From Eledone cirrhosa (Eukaryota): a DNA stretch of 64,000 bases. How positions within the stretch are numbered: the stretch's first letter is position 1; each line of letters starts with the position of its first letter. A model generated the notes under the pieces. It was not told where the DNA came from. It saw nothing but the letters and a program-made list of their open reading frames with translations, and did no database searches. The DNA is taken from assembly GCA_964016885.1 (NCBI GenBank), contig OZ024757.1, positions 18,290,001 to 18,354,000 on the forward strand, read 5' to 3'. Of the stretch, positions 16,053-29,425 are shown piece after piece. Position numbers and translations under genes: made by a program.

Positions 16053-16096
<44 letters not shown>

Positions 16097-16104
16097 CATA
16101 TATG

Positions 16105-16143
<39 letters not shown>

Positions 16144-16228
16144 GTATGTGTGTGTGTTTTGCAACGGGTCACTTTGTGGCTCAATGAAGAGTATATATTT
16201 TATCTGGTGATTCTATAGACATGTTTTA

Positions 16229-16307
<79 letters not shown>

Positions 16308-16329
16308 CATATATATTTATAAATATATT

Positions 16330-16850
16330 CCTCAAAGGGCAATCACGAAAAAGATAGATGGCATGTCAGACCTTGACTACTGGGGTCGATTAGAAAAACT
16401 GAAACTTTACTCACTCCAACGTCGCCGTGAGCGTTATATTATCTGCATGATGTGGAAAATGTTCCATCATCACTGCCCAAATGATGTTGGCATCGCCTTC
16501 AAGATACACCCAAGGCTTGGGCCCCGTGCTATCCGTCCCATTCAAAAATCTAAATCGCAACTCATAACAACAATACGGCACAATTATTTCACCTCAATCG
16601 GCCCTGCTCTCTTCAACATCACACCAGGACACGTCAAAACAGAAACTGACCACACAAAGTTCAAGAAGTCTTTGGACAAATTCCTCCAAGTAATCCCGGA
16701 CAAACCACCCACACCCGGATATGTCTCCGCAAACAGTAATTCTCTTCTCGAATGGGCCATGGTGCCCAAATCCTGAATTGAAAGACTTCGCCAGGTGGTG
16801 CTATTAAGTTAGACATGGCCTGGGCCAATACTGGCCAAAACATTTCAAAG
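16330..16850 (+). mobile_element. CR1-group LINE 3' fragment (ORF2 C-terminus plus 3'UTR), 5'-truncated
   Basis: QRAITKKIDGMSDLDYWGRLEKLKLYSLQRRRERY...GPALFN..P...FKKSLDKFL matches the post-RT region of CR1/L2-group LINEs. Confidence 0.85.
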
Positions 16851-16978
16851 TTATTATTATATATTTATATATATAGATATATATATAAATATTTATATAT
16901 ACATATATATTTATATATAAATATATATATTTATATATACATATATATGTATATATAAATATATATATATAAATATAT

Positions 16979-17029
<51 letters not shown>

Positions 17030-17878
17030 AATATATATGTATATATATAAATATATATGTATATATATAAATATATATGTATATAAATATATATGTATAT
17101 AAATATATATGTATATATATATAAATATATATGTATATATATATATATAAATATATGTATATATATATATAAATATATGTATATATATATATATAAATAT
17201 ATGTATATATATATAAATATATATGTATATATATAAATATATATGTATATATATATGCATATATATATATAAATATATGTATATATATATATAAATATAT
17301 GTATATATATATAAATATATATGTATATATATAAATATATATGTATATATATAAATATATATGTATATATATATGTATATATATATATATATATAAATAT
17401 ATATGTATATATATAAATATATATGTATATATATAAATATATATGTATATATATATGTATATATATATATATAAATATATCTATATATATAAATATATGT
17501 ATATATATATATATAAATATATATGTATATATATATATATGTATATATATATATGTACATATATATATATAAATATATATGTATATATATAAATATATAT
17601 GTATATATATATATATAAATATATATGTATATATATAAATATATATGTATATATATAAATATATATGTATATATATATATAAATATATATGTATATATAT
17701 AAATATATATGTATATATATAAATATATATGTATATATATATATAAATATATATGTATATATATATATAAATATATATGTATATATATATAAATATATAT
17801 GTATATATATATAAATATATATGTATATATATATATATATAAATATATGTATATATATATATATATAAATATATGTAT

Positions 17879-17911
<33 letters not shown>

Positions 17912-17913
17912 AA

Positions 17914-17945
<32 letters not shown>

Positions 17946-17953
17946 AATATATG

Positions 17954-17987
<34 letters not shown>

Positions 17988-17990
17988 AAT

Positions 17991-18066
<76 letters not shown>

Positions 18067-18067
<1 letters not shown>

Positions 18068-18165
18068 ACGAAGGAAATGTGGTAAGGAACCAGGTGGACC
18101 ATAACGCACCAAAGTACTCAATACTTGGGGTAGTAGAGTGGGTAATAGGAACCAGTACCTGGTTC

Positions 18166-18167
<2 letters not shown>
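18067..18167 (-). mobile_element. Family B element, short copy ending in a mini-hairpin
   Basis: Same tail as 12645; ends in gaaccag..ctggttc; (TA)n on both sides. Confidence 0.8.
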
Positions 18168-18202
<35 letters not shown>

Positions 18203-18227
18203 TATATATAAATATATATATATATAA

Positions 18228-18381
<154 letters not shown>

Positions 18382-18426
18382 TTGGTTAAATTCACATTTT
18401 CATCTGCATTTCGGTGGGGAACTTGG

Positions 18427-18491
<65 letters not shown>

Positions 18492-18542
18492 TGTATATAT
18501 AAATATATATAAATTTTCTCGGTATTTTTTCTTTTGCGTTTT

Positions 18543-18574
18543 TTCTGATGATAGGCAAATGCTCGAAACGTTAA
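18543..18574 (+). ncRNA. Minimal hammerhead motif
   Basis: tt-CTGATGA-taggcaaatgctc-GAAA-cg-TT-aa; minimal ACGT stem III typical of PLE HHRs. Confidence 0.55.
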
Positions 18575-18677
18575 CTATGTGACTCAGTTTTTCTTCCCCC
18601 GAGCGGGAAACTAACACAATTTCATGCTATTACATCCTCTTGTTTATTCTTTTTTTTATTTCTTTTATATCTCTCTC

Positions 18678-18711
<34 letters not shown>

Positions 18712-18722
18712 CATATATATTT

Positions 18723-18794
<72 letters not shown>

Positions 18795-19237
18795 TTATAT
18801 ATACATATAGTGAGCAAAGATAAAGTAGATATATTCTCAGACACGAAGACACACAAACGCATGCGCAAACAGAGACAAGAAAAAAATAAATGAATAAATA
18901 AATAAGTAAATTATAGAAGACACATTACAATACAACGTGAGGAAATATAATAGTACCACTGATGATGTCACAGTTGTGTGATGAATGAACTTTGATAGAC
19001 TATATATATATATTTATATCTGTATTTTTAACCGTTGGTCAATCAATGATAAACATTGATTACCAAATAAATTAACTATGGAGATATAAAAGATACAGAA
19101 GCGAAAACCAACCAAACAGTGAGTGTGTTCTGTTATTATTTCTGGCAATATTATAACAATATAACTCTCCCCAAGTATTACAATATTTTTTGCAACACAG
19201 GATTTCATATCAAAAACCTTGCAAAACAAATTCATCG

Positions 19238-19272
<35 letters not shown>

Positions 19273-19273
<1 letters not shown>

Positions 19274-19328
19274 CTGCCTGATGAGGTCATAACCATTCAA
19301 TGGCTATCATCGAAACATATATAGCAGT
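19273..19328 (+). ncRNA. Hammerhead ribozyme, same family as the PLE1 3' HHR
   Basis: actgc-CTGATGA-ggtcataaccattcaatggctatcatc-GAAA-catata-TA-gcagt, then AATAAA. Confidence 0.8.
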
Positions 19329-19369
19329 AAATAAAGGATTATGAGTTCATGCAATTAACTTATGTTTCG

Positions 19370-19412
<43 letters not shown>

Positions 19413-19692
19413 CGTATATACTTTAGTAATATTCGATCTCATATAAAAGTCAACCCATAAATTTGACCACAAAATCTGGAATATTCCGTAGACTTCGTCT
19501 AAAAAGCCAACCCTAGTGTTTAACGGCCATTTCTGGTTCAATTTTATTAATGATGTTTTGTTTTTTTTTGTTTCTTTTTTAAATCATATAAATTCAAGTC
19601 TTTTACTTGAATTTGGCTACCATTGAGAATTATCTTCAGCAATCGCGGATACCACCTATTACTGTCTTAAATAGAAAAGTTCCCCCTCCTTC

Positions 19693-19739
<47 letters not shown>

Positions 19740-19893
19740 CTAATGATTTAATCATTAGACGTGTCCGTCGAACCTGCGGGTCCAGAATCAGACAGATACA
19801 CACAATGATCAGTTCAAGGTTCGATCTGTATCGATCTCGCCCGACTCTGGAATTAAAAGCTAGTAGGACCTCTGCTGTTGTAATGACATACAG

Positions 19894-19938
<45 letters not shown>

Positions 19939-20023
19939 CAGGGTGTTCCCCAAAAATGTATGCACACTTCGATTATCTGTACAAGCAATATTTATTAGAA
20001 TGCCGTTGAAGTGTGTATACATT
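19939..20023. mobile_element. Tc1/mariner-like MITE remnant
   Basis: TA|CAGGGTG terminus; inverted repeat aatgtatgcacacttc / gaagtgtgtatacatt; right end truncated. Confidence 0.5.
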
Positions 20024-20320
20024 ATGTGTGTGTGTGTGTGTGTGTGCGTATGTGTGGTTGTGAGAGAGAAAGTGTGTGTGTGTACGTGTACTACAACACG
20101 GCGTTAGCCAACAGAGGATTCTCTGATAAAACTTCTTACTCACCACCACCGCCACCACCACCACCACCACCGCCACCACCACCACCACCACCGCCACCAT
20201 CACCACCACCAACAGGAAAAGAAGTAGAAATAAAAAAAATAAATTTCTAATTCTCAGTTTTCGCGCCAAACTATACTAAAAGAAAGTTTTAGATTGGATG
20301 TGCATGTAGATACTCCTTCA

Positions 20321-20402
20321 TATTACCACACGCCACTACCCCAAGTATCAAGTACTCTGGTGAGTTAGGGTCTAACATGTTTTTACTGCATCCATTCTCA
20401 TT
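20321..20402 (+). mobile_element. Family B tail, degenerate copy
   Basis: ccactaccccaagtatcaagtactctggtg matches the family B tail and is followed by (TA)n. Confidence 0.6.
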
Positions 20403-20501
20403 TATATATATATATATTTTTTAAATAAATATGTTTTAACGGTCTATTCTCCGATTTCTTACTTTTCCACGTATATATATATATATGTGTGTGTGTGTGT
20501 A

Positions 20502-20562
<61 letters not shown>

Positions 20563-21288
20563 GTATACAGAATATACATAGAGGGAGAAAGAAAAAGATA
20601 GAAAAAATAATATAAATATTTAAACGCCGTAAAATATTTAAAGTAAACACTAATAAATGATAGGAATAGAATTTAGAAAATATTCCATATAATGTTGTGT
20701 TAGAGAAATATTCGCTGTCCAATATAAACTCAAGTAAACAACGGCCATTTTTGCCTGTTTTAAGCAACTTTAACTAAGGCTTCGCCCTTCATATAAAATA
20801 AACTCATCGTTAAAATTTGTTCCAATATGATTTTGTAAGGATTAAAGTATCGATTACAACACAGAAATTCCACAGGATATAATCATCCCTTGTTTGTATT
20901 TACACATTATTTTCCTTTTCTCCATATTGTTTTTAGTGTGTTTGTGTTTGTGTATTTATGTGTATGTGTTTGTGTCTGTGTGAGTGTATGTGTTACTGTG
21001 TGTGTGTGTGTGTGTGTGCCTGTGTGAGTATGTTTTACTCTGTGTGTTTGTGTATATTTATCTATTCGTGTATGAGATGTACTTGTGTGTTTCTGTGCGT
21101 GTGCTTGTATTTATATGTATGTGTGTAATTTTGTTTGTTAGTGTGTGTATTAGTGTGCTTGCGTGTGAGTGTTTGTACTTGTGTGTGTGTCTGTGTGTGT
21201 GTGTGTTATTAAGTACGTGTTTCCGTTGTCGTGATTAAAGTTTGATAACCTGGAGTGGGAAATAAGATTGATAAGTCGATATATAGTG

Positions 21289-21398
21289 AGGGTGGCGTGT
21301 AGCGGTTAGGGGGTTGGACTCACATTACGTTGAGGGTTCGATTCTTTAACCGGGGTTGTGTTGCATTGTTGAGAACGCCGCTTTACTTCAGGGTTGCC
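21289..21398 (+). mobile_element. tRNA-derived SINE head (degenerate)
   Basis: A-box tggcgtgtagcgg and B-box ggttcgattc at tRNA-like spacing. Confidence 0.55.
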
Positions 21399-21402
21399 TT
21401 TT

Positions 21403-22140
21403 ATGATAGGACTGGGGCCGCTATCATTGCAACACCAGAGAAACCTCAGATGAGATGTACCTTTGAGTGAGGCCAAGTAAACATATATAGGTATGAGCTG
21501 TTACAACAATATAATGGAACTGGTGCCCCTATCACGAAAACACTGGGGAAACGTCCGATGAGATGCAATCTCGTAGGGGTCCATCTAAACCCTCATGTAT
21601 TTGACTTGTAACAATAACATGATACGACTGGGGTCCGCATCGCTGACATCCAAGGGACCTGCTATGAGATGCAACCTCATAAGAGGCCAACTGAACCTAA
21701 AAAAAGGTGTGAGTTATAACAACATGATAGAAGTAGGACTCCTATCATTAAAACACTCGGGGAAACCTCCTATGAGATGCAGCCTTGTAGGAAGCCAGCT
21801 AAACCTACATAGGTGTAAATTATAAAAACAGCATCAGGATAGAGCCAGGGGCCCCTAAACCAGCTAAATCTACATAGGTGTGTGGTGTAACAACACGATA
21901 GGTCTGGAAGCTCTATAGTTGATGTCGAAGAAACCCATTATGAGCTGTAGCTAAACCTGCATATGTGTGGATTGTAACAGCAACATGATGGGACTGAAGT
22001 CCTTATAGTTAAAACACCCGAAAAACCTCATGCAGCCTCGTAGGATGTCAACTAAACCTACATAGGTATAAGCTGTAACAACAAAACAGGATAGGACTGG
22101 AGCCCCAATAAAACACTCGAGAAGCCTCCTGCGAGATGTG
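21403..22140. repeat. Degenerate ~105-bp tandem repeat (~7 units)
   Basis: Units begin atgataggactgg-like at ~21403, 21511, 21619 and 21724; shared atgagatgca and gctaaacctacataggtg motifs. Confidence 0.8.
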
Positions 22141-22501
22141 ACGTGATGTAAGGGTGAGATGAGAGACGATACAGTAATAGTTAAACTGCCAACCCAAAGG
22201 TCCAGAACTCTGCTTTGTATTACTTACTGTGGTATACCCCCGATTGTACCTGGGATAACTTATATATATATATATATAGATAGATAGATAGATAGATATT
22301 CATGCATGTATAAGCATCTATATTTTGATATATATATACATATGCACACGTATATATATTTACATATGTAAGATAACACACTATAATATATATATATGCA
22401 TATGAAATATATGTATATATATATATATATATCTGTATGTGTTATATATATATACATATACACACACATATATATATCTGTATATGTAATATATATATTT
22501 A

Positions 22502-22565
<64 letters not shown>

Positions 22566-22574
22566 AGGTATATG

Positions 22575-22626
<52 letters not shown>

Positions 22627-22689
22627 ACTGCATGTGTAGCCAAATGTGTTACGGCATTCGTCACTTCTTCAAACGTTCAGTAAGCTAAC

Positions 22690-22956
22690 GTCATCAGCTC
22701 CAACAACACCAACAACAACAATACCAACACCAACACCAACACCACCACCATCATCATCATCAAAACATTGGGACTTATGCTTGATTAAACAACGTTACAC
22801 GCATGTGGAGTTTGAAAATTTCTCACTGTATCATCGTCATCATCGTCCCCCACCTCCCCCTTCTCCTTCTCATCATCATCATCATCATCGTCATCATCGT
22901 CCCCTCCCCCTCTCATCATCATCATTATCATCATCATCATCATCATCCTCCTCGTT

Positions 22957-23014
<58 letters not shown>

Positions 23015-24060
23015 CCACCACCACCACCACCACCACCACCACCACCACCACCATCATCATCTTCATAAGAAACCGGGGGTGGAGGTGGAGGATATGAAGA
23101 TTGTGGGAAAGATGGAGGAAGCGAGGTTTCGAAGAAGAAGAAGAAGAAGAAGATTATTATTATTATTATGTTGAAGATGAGACCAACAACAACAACAACA
23201 ACATCCACAAGACCACCAACCACGACTTCAACAAGACTCACAACGCTATCAATAAAAAACAACACCAACAACACCAACTCCAACAACACAATCAATAAAA
23301 AAAACAACAACACAACAACAACAATAACACCAACACCACCAACACTACCAGCATCAACAACAACACCAACAACAACACTACCAACAACACCACTACCAAA
23401 ACCACCATCAACACTACCAACAACAACACCACCAACAAGAACAACACTACCAACAACAGCACCAGCAACACTACCAACAACAACACCACCACCAACACCA
23501 ACATCAACACTACCAACAACACCACCACTACCAACAACACCACCACCACCACCACCACCAATACCACCAACAAGAACACTACCACCACAACCAACAACAC
23601 CAACACCACCACCATCAACACCACCAACACTACCAATAACACCAACAACACTGTCAACAACACCAACACCAACACCACCAACACTACCAATAACACCAAA
23701 AACACCAACAACACTAACACCACCACCACCAACAACAACAACACTAGCACTACCAACAACAACACCACCAACAACAACACCACCAACAACACCACCACCA
23801 ACTCCGCCACCAACACCACCACCAACAACAACATTACCTCCACCACCAACACCACCAACACTACCAGTAACAACATTACCAACACCACCACCAACAACAC
23901 TACCTCCACCACCAACGCTACCAATAACAACACCAACAACACCACCACCAACAACACTACCTCCACCACCAACGCTACTAATAACAACACCACCAACACC
24001 ACCACCAACAACACTACCTCCACCACCAACGCTACCAATAACAACACCAACAACAACAAA
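22690..24060. repeat. (CAT)n, (GAA)n and long (CAA/CCA)n simple-repeat field
   Basis: Direct inspection; this field produces the Thr/Pro-rich ORF 23168-24088. Confidence 0.9.
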
Positions 24061-24648
24061 AGCAGAAGAAATTATGACACTATATTAATTACATGTTTTA
24101 TATAAATTTCCCTTAGAGTTATAAAAATGGCGACTTGTAGTTTTTTTACCGTGTCTCTCTATTTTAATGTTTTGTTTGCGAGTGTTTGATGTTCGGCTTC
24201 AACTCATGAATGTCAGCAAAATTGTACAAGTGACGCGGAAAATATATTATACACTAAATAATATTGATTAATTCTGCCGGCTTTGTTTTATTTTGTTTTT
24301 GCTCTCTTTCTTAAACAAAATATTTTTTAAACTTCAACGTAAAGAATTAAACTTTCTTTCTACACATATATGTATGTGTGTGTGTTAGTGTACACATACA
24401 CATTAACACAAACACACACGTGCGTGTGTGGATGTAATATCGAAACAATTGTAATGCAATGAATGCACTAGGGACTGTATTTTACTCTTTTGTTTGGGAG
24501 GATGGTGGTCCGCCATTGATTTGCCGAATTTTGACGGTGAGTACAGTTTGGTTTGGTTTGGTAGTCATCGTGAGTACAGGTTAGTGTTAGATTTAAGTTG
24601 TTTGTAGGGTGTTTGTGGACTGATTGGAGCAATAACTGTCTTATTTAC

Positions 24649-24682
<34 letters not shown>

Positions 24683-24684
<2 letters not shown>

Positions 24685-24879
24685 CAAAGAGGGTGTGGTA
24701 AGATACCAGGTGGACCATAACGCACCAGAGTACTCAATACTTAGGGTAGAAGAATGGGTAATAGGAAAAGAATCAGGACCCCAACGGCTGAGCTCCGGCC
24801 GTTTCGACAGCTAGATCCGAACGCATCTAGTTCGGATCTAGCTGTCGAAACGGCCGGAGCTCAGCCGTCAGAGGCCTGA

Positions 24880-24882
<3 letters not shown>
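24683..24882 (-). mobile_element. Fold-back element, family B subfamily 2
   Basis: Tail as in 12645; hairpin acggctgagctccggccgtttcgacagctagatccgaac / gttcggatctagctgtcgaaacggccggagctcagccgt; flanked by (TA)n. Confidence 0.85.
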
Positions 24883-24917
<35 letters not shown>

Positions 24918-25414
24918 CCAAAAAATCATGTGGGCCACAGTGGAAAGAGAAAAAGGGCAATTGCCGCTCACCAACTGTCTTCTGGGCATCATTATAGTTT
25001 CGGATGATAAAAGAGACCGACTATAACACATTGCCTGAAAACGTAATAACCAGATGTAATAGTGAAACAATTGTAAAACATGTACTAGGAACTCTCGCAC
25101 TCTCTTTTGTTGGGCATGCTCTCCGTCTGGCTATGTGGGCCTGTTTTCTTAAGAACATCACTTCTATTATATTACACCTGTCAATACCTTAACACATTCG
25201 GCTGAGTATAAACCTTTTTTGGCAATTATACACTCTTCTCTATAGCTCTATATACCTCTGTAGATAGATAGATAGATTTCTTTATTTGCCACAAGGGCGC
25301 ACAAGAAAAGGGGACAAAACAAAGACACTATAGACAGACAGACAGCTTGTCAGACAGTTAGATAGACAGACAGACAGACAGACAGATAAGAAAATTCAAC
25401 TCGCAGAAATAATT

Positions 25415-25598
25415 GTTTCTACTTTTGGCACAAGGCCAGCAATTATCCAGTGCATTACTGGTACTTTATTTTATCGACCCCGTAAGGATGAAAGGCAAAG
25501 TTAACCTCGGCGGGATTTGAACTCAAACCATAAAGGGGCGTAACTCTTTGCTGCAAAGCATAGCGTCAGACCCTCCACCGATACTGCCAATCCACCGC
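25415..25598 (-). mobile_element. tRNA-derived SINE (OR-like), near full length
   Basis: Full head and body on minus strand; flanking direct repeat caactcgcagaaataat at 25397-25413 and 25617-25633 (TSD-like). Confidence 0.8.
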
Positions 25599-26243
25599 AG
25601 AAATAATACTGCCAATCAACTCGCAGAAATAATACAAGATAACAATAAATAACTATTATGAAATAAATTGGAAAATTCAACCTATGACGTTTCGGACACT
25701 AGTACTTTATCGGAAGATAGGACATGAGAGAGAAGAATAGAGAGCGAGGAATAGAAACCGGAAGATAGACGAGAATATATACAAAACTGCAAATATTTTG
25801 GACTCAGCATATTTTCCCTGAAGGTAACACGTCTAGGATAGATTAAAGAAACTATTAGTCATGTATTTAATAAAATATCGTTTTATTTCGATATAGACTG
25901 TGTTAAGGAGGAGGGTATAATTGATATCAGCTTCAACTTGGTAAAAAAAATTATGTAATTTATTGAAAGTCATTAATGCAGCCTCAAATTTTGTTTTCTA
26001 AGCGTGTAATTATTATTAATAGCTGATATTTAATTTCCCAAACTTCTAGACTGCAGTAAAGAAAATGGTATAGGTATATATATATATATCCTTACATACA
26101 TACATACTTATATAAATGCTTACATACATTCACACAAGCATAGATACGTACACAGATACGTACATACATACATCATACATATAAATATAAATACATACTT
26201 ACATATGTATATATATTACATATACGTATCTATAAGTATATTA

Positions 26244-26286
<43 letters not shown>

Positions 26287-26515
26287 GCGTGTCTGTATGT
26301 AATTTAAACACATACCCAGTTTCGTTGGGTTCAACACCAGCTTATTTAGTCTGTCATATTGTCATATATATAACCCACCCTTTACGGCATTTAAGCGCGC
26401 CCGTAATCTCCGCGACCTCCTGGTACACAGTTCCTTCTCGTCCCATCCTACGACTCCACCCGGCTCTCGTCCTTGTTCTCGTCCCCGCTGTATATATAAA
26501 TAATAAACATCTTTA

Positions 26516-26765
26516 CACGCACACAACCGGACAAACTGGACGCTGTTTGGCGGACCGTTTTGTTGAACATTTGAGGGACATACGACTCGGTTTAGATACT
26601 CTTGTCGCCCGTTATTTCCGCTCCCCAGGTCACTCTTCCCTACATGTCTTAGTCCTTGGTGCCCTTTTACATCACGGCGGATCACAGGCCTCGCACACCA
26701 CCAGGACTGAACGAAGTCTGATTTTCCGCCCTGGGTCCTATTTCCCTCGTGGACTCAACTGCCCT
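26516..26765 (+). pseudogene. PLE GIY-YIG endonuclease C-terminal fragment (different clade from PLE1/PLE2)
   Basis: GQTGRCLADRFVEHLRDIR...VARYF...HS...ERSLIFRPGSYFPRGLN matches the Penelope-type EN consensus GET.R.L..RF.EH...VA.HF...E...I..L....P.GLN. Confidence 0.75.
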
Positions 26766-26989
26766 CCCCTCCCCAATTTCTTTAATATTATACATATACG
26801 TTTGTGCTTACTTCTTTACCCTTTGCCACGTCACGTTTACCCCGTGCGTTATCACACACGCGCTTGTACATCCCCCACTAGATTCCTATGGCTCTCTTAT
26901 GGTCAGAAACATATACTTTTACAACTGATACAGACCAACAAAATACGCAGACACACCTCTACTTTCTTCTTCACAGATCTGTATAAGAG

Positions 26990-27302
26990 CCACTCTCCGA
27001 AGCTGGGGTGGTTTGGATTGTTTTGTCCAAAAGGTCATAGAAGAACTCTTTGTTGGCGTCGTCAGAGACAAGTGTATAGACGGCGATGAGAGTCATGGGT
27101 ATACCTTGTTTAAGTGGGATCTGGAAGGTCATCAACCGTTCGCTGATGGCAATGGGGAAGAAGTTGTACTGCTCCACGAGTTTGGTCTTCACAGCAAAAC
27201 CGACCCCAGGGGTGTGTTTCTTGTCTCCTTCCCTTTCCAAAAGATCGTATAGGTGGATCCGGTTTCTTTGGTGTTTCCTTCTTCAGCGAGGCTGGTTTCA
27301 CT
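26990..27302 (-). pseudogene. RTE LINE AP-endonuclease fragment
   Basis: SETSLAEEG..KE...YTIFWKGK / GVGFAVK...ISERLM...KEFFYDLL, frameshifted; interrupted by PLE1. Confidence 0.82.
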
Positions 27303-27986
27303 TATTTCCTTACTTGCGGACAGGCTGAAGATCCTGTCCGAGACACTCTTCACCACTGCCTTGGTTATGGATCTAGGGTGGTTTGATTTGGCGTTAACAT
27401 ATACTAGTTTCTCGTTGGGCTTGTGGTAGGGGTAGTATTGCTCGGTGTTCAGGTTTAGGGTGGTGTCTAGGAAGTTAACTACCTTCCTATTTGGGTCTAT
27501 TTCTATGCTGAGCCCCTGGTTCTTAAAGAAATGGCGAATACGCCTCCTCATACCCTCCAACATATTGGTGCTGTGGTCATGTACTGTGAATAGAGCATCG
27601 TCACGATATAATCCGCCGCCCAGGCAGGGGATTTCATCTTTTATCTGCTTCAGCAGGTAGAGCCCAACCAGGTCCGTTACCTGCGCTGAGTCGCTGGAGC
27701 CCATCGTGATGTCAAAGTTATTTGGCCAATCACTCCTGGTCCACAGGTCTCCATCGAAGCGGATTAAGGTCTTTCTTGCGGCGTGGATGATGCTCACCTC
27801 CTCTCAGGTTAGGTCCGTATTGGACATCGCTAAAAATAGGGCCTTATTAAGTACTATGGGTGAGATTGAGGAGTAGTAGCTTGCGATGTCCAGTTGTATA
27901 AAGCTGGTCCTACTTTTCTCCTGCAGTATTTTGAACCATTCTATTACTTCTCTCGTGCATGACCATTGCTGTAATTTGGTTTTTTT
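27303..27986 (-). pseudogene. PLE1 reverse transcriptase core, inverted 5' segment
   Basis: [50 protein letters not shown] motifs; one in-frame TGA. Confidence 0.92.
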
Positions 27987-28606
27987 CCCAACGAGAAACT
28001 AGTATATGTTAACGCCAAATCAAACCACCCTAGATCCATAACCAAGGCAGTGGTGAAGAGTGTCTCGGACAGGATCTCCAGCCTGTCCGCAAGTAAGGAA
28101 ATATTCAACAACCACGCGGAATATTACAACGCAGCTCTAAAGAAGGCGGCACATGGACAAAATATAACATATAGTCCGAAAAGCCGGGAGGTGAATAGCC
28201 CAACAGACACCCACAACCGCGTTACCAGAGGGGGGAGGGCGAACCCTAACAATACAGGCAGAGCAAAATCAAATAGGCACCATGTACCAGACACCACCAC
28301 ACGGGCGGTGGGGACTAGTGCGCTTGACCACGAGATGGAGCACAATATGAGTAGCAGTCTCAGGCGTGATGCTAACTACCCCAGGACGGACAACCCCAAC
28401 CGCAGGACACGTGGGGGGGAGGAAACGGGCGACCACCCCACGATGGATCTCCAGGGGCAGACAACAACCACCCCACAAATCCGGGCCGTGAAGATAACAG
28501 AAAGTATAGAGCCCAAAAGGGAAGCAACAGTGCGGAAACCACCAGCAAACCAACAAATCTCCAACAAATCACGAAGCCCCCAACCCACACATATAGGAGG
28601 AGACAC

Positions 28607-29425
28607 CGACAAATCACGTGGTACAACCCACCCTACTCAGCGGCCCTAAAGAAAAGCTTGGCCCGATTGTTCTTTGGAGCACTTGACAAATGCTTCCCGA
28701 GGGACCACAGATACCACAGGATCTTCAACAGACACACTGTGAAGCTTTCGTATTCCACCACGAGAAATTTGGCCCAACACATAGCTAGCATCAACAGAAG
28801 TAGGCTTAAAAACCACACACAACCAGAAGATGGCAATACAAACACTCAGCAGAACCATGTGAAAGGAGGGGAGGGGGGACCCAGAGCCCACCCAAGAAAC
28901 ACAAACAGACCCAAGGACCCCCCACCGAGCATGGGGGAAGACCAACACGTAACACATAATGAGAACCCTAATCTAAGCACGCAGAGGCCGCCCACCCTCT
29001 GCAACTGTAGAAACCCCGAATCATGCCCCCTTGATAATGAATGTCTCAAGAAGAACATAGTGTACGGTTGTAGGGTTAAAACCCCAAACTCCGAACACCT
29101 CTACATAGGAGCCACATCAACGAGCTTTAAGGACCGCTGGTACAACCATCGCCATTCATTCAAGAAGGAGGCCAAAAGGAAAAGCACAGCTCTCTCCGAC
29201 CTGATCTGGAAGCTTAAGCTAGACAGGACCCCATACTCTCTGGCCTGGTACATAATCAGGAAAGTACCACCCGATAAAGGGGGATCTTGCATATGCAAAC
29301 TATGCCTGAACGAGACCCTCGAGATACTAAGAGGTGGAAGCGGCCTGATAAACCTCAGAACCGACTTCTTCGGGACATGCAGACACCTTAGAGCCGGGAC
29401 CTTTCTCAAAATATATGGACAGTAG
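28607..29425 (+). pseudogene. PLE1 linker, Cys motif and GIY-YIG endonuclease reading frame
   Basis: Open frame from RQITWYNPPYS to the stop at 29425; out of frame with upstream ORF 28050-28649. Confidence 0.88.

Noticed and set aside
18959-18990. CTGATGA-t-gtcaca/tgtgat hairpin, and similar partial motifs near 15290, 24440, 25818, 49162, 57625 and 62281
   Set aside because: Each lacks GAAA, the core or stem I; probably eroded HHR remnants but not supportable individually.
21289-21365. Functional tRNA genes
   Set aside because: A/B boxes are present but there is no intact cloverleaf, and they continue into SINE bodies.
23168-24088. Mucin-like Thr/Pro ORF (306 aa)
   Set aside because: A (CAA/CCA)n field continuous with other simple repeats; no signal peptide or convincing splice sites.
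27804-27806. In-frame TGA in the PLE1 RT as selenocysteine
   Set aside because: It aligns to Lys in PLE2, not Cys; a nonsense mutation is simpler and no SECIS was identified.
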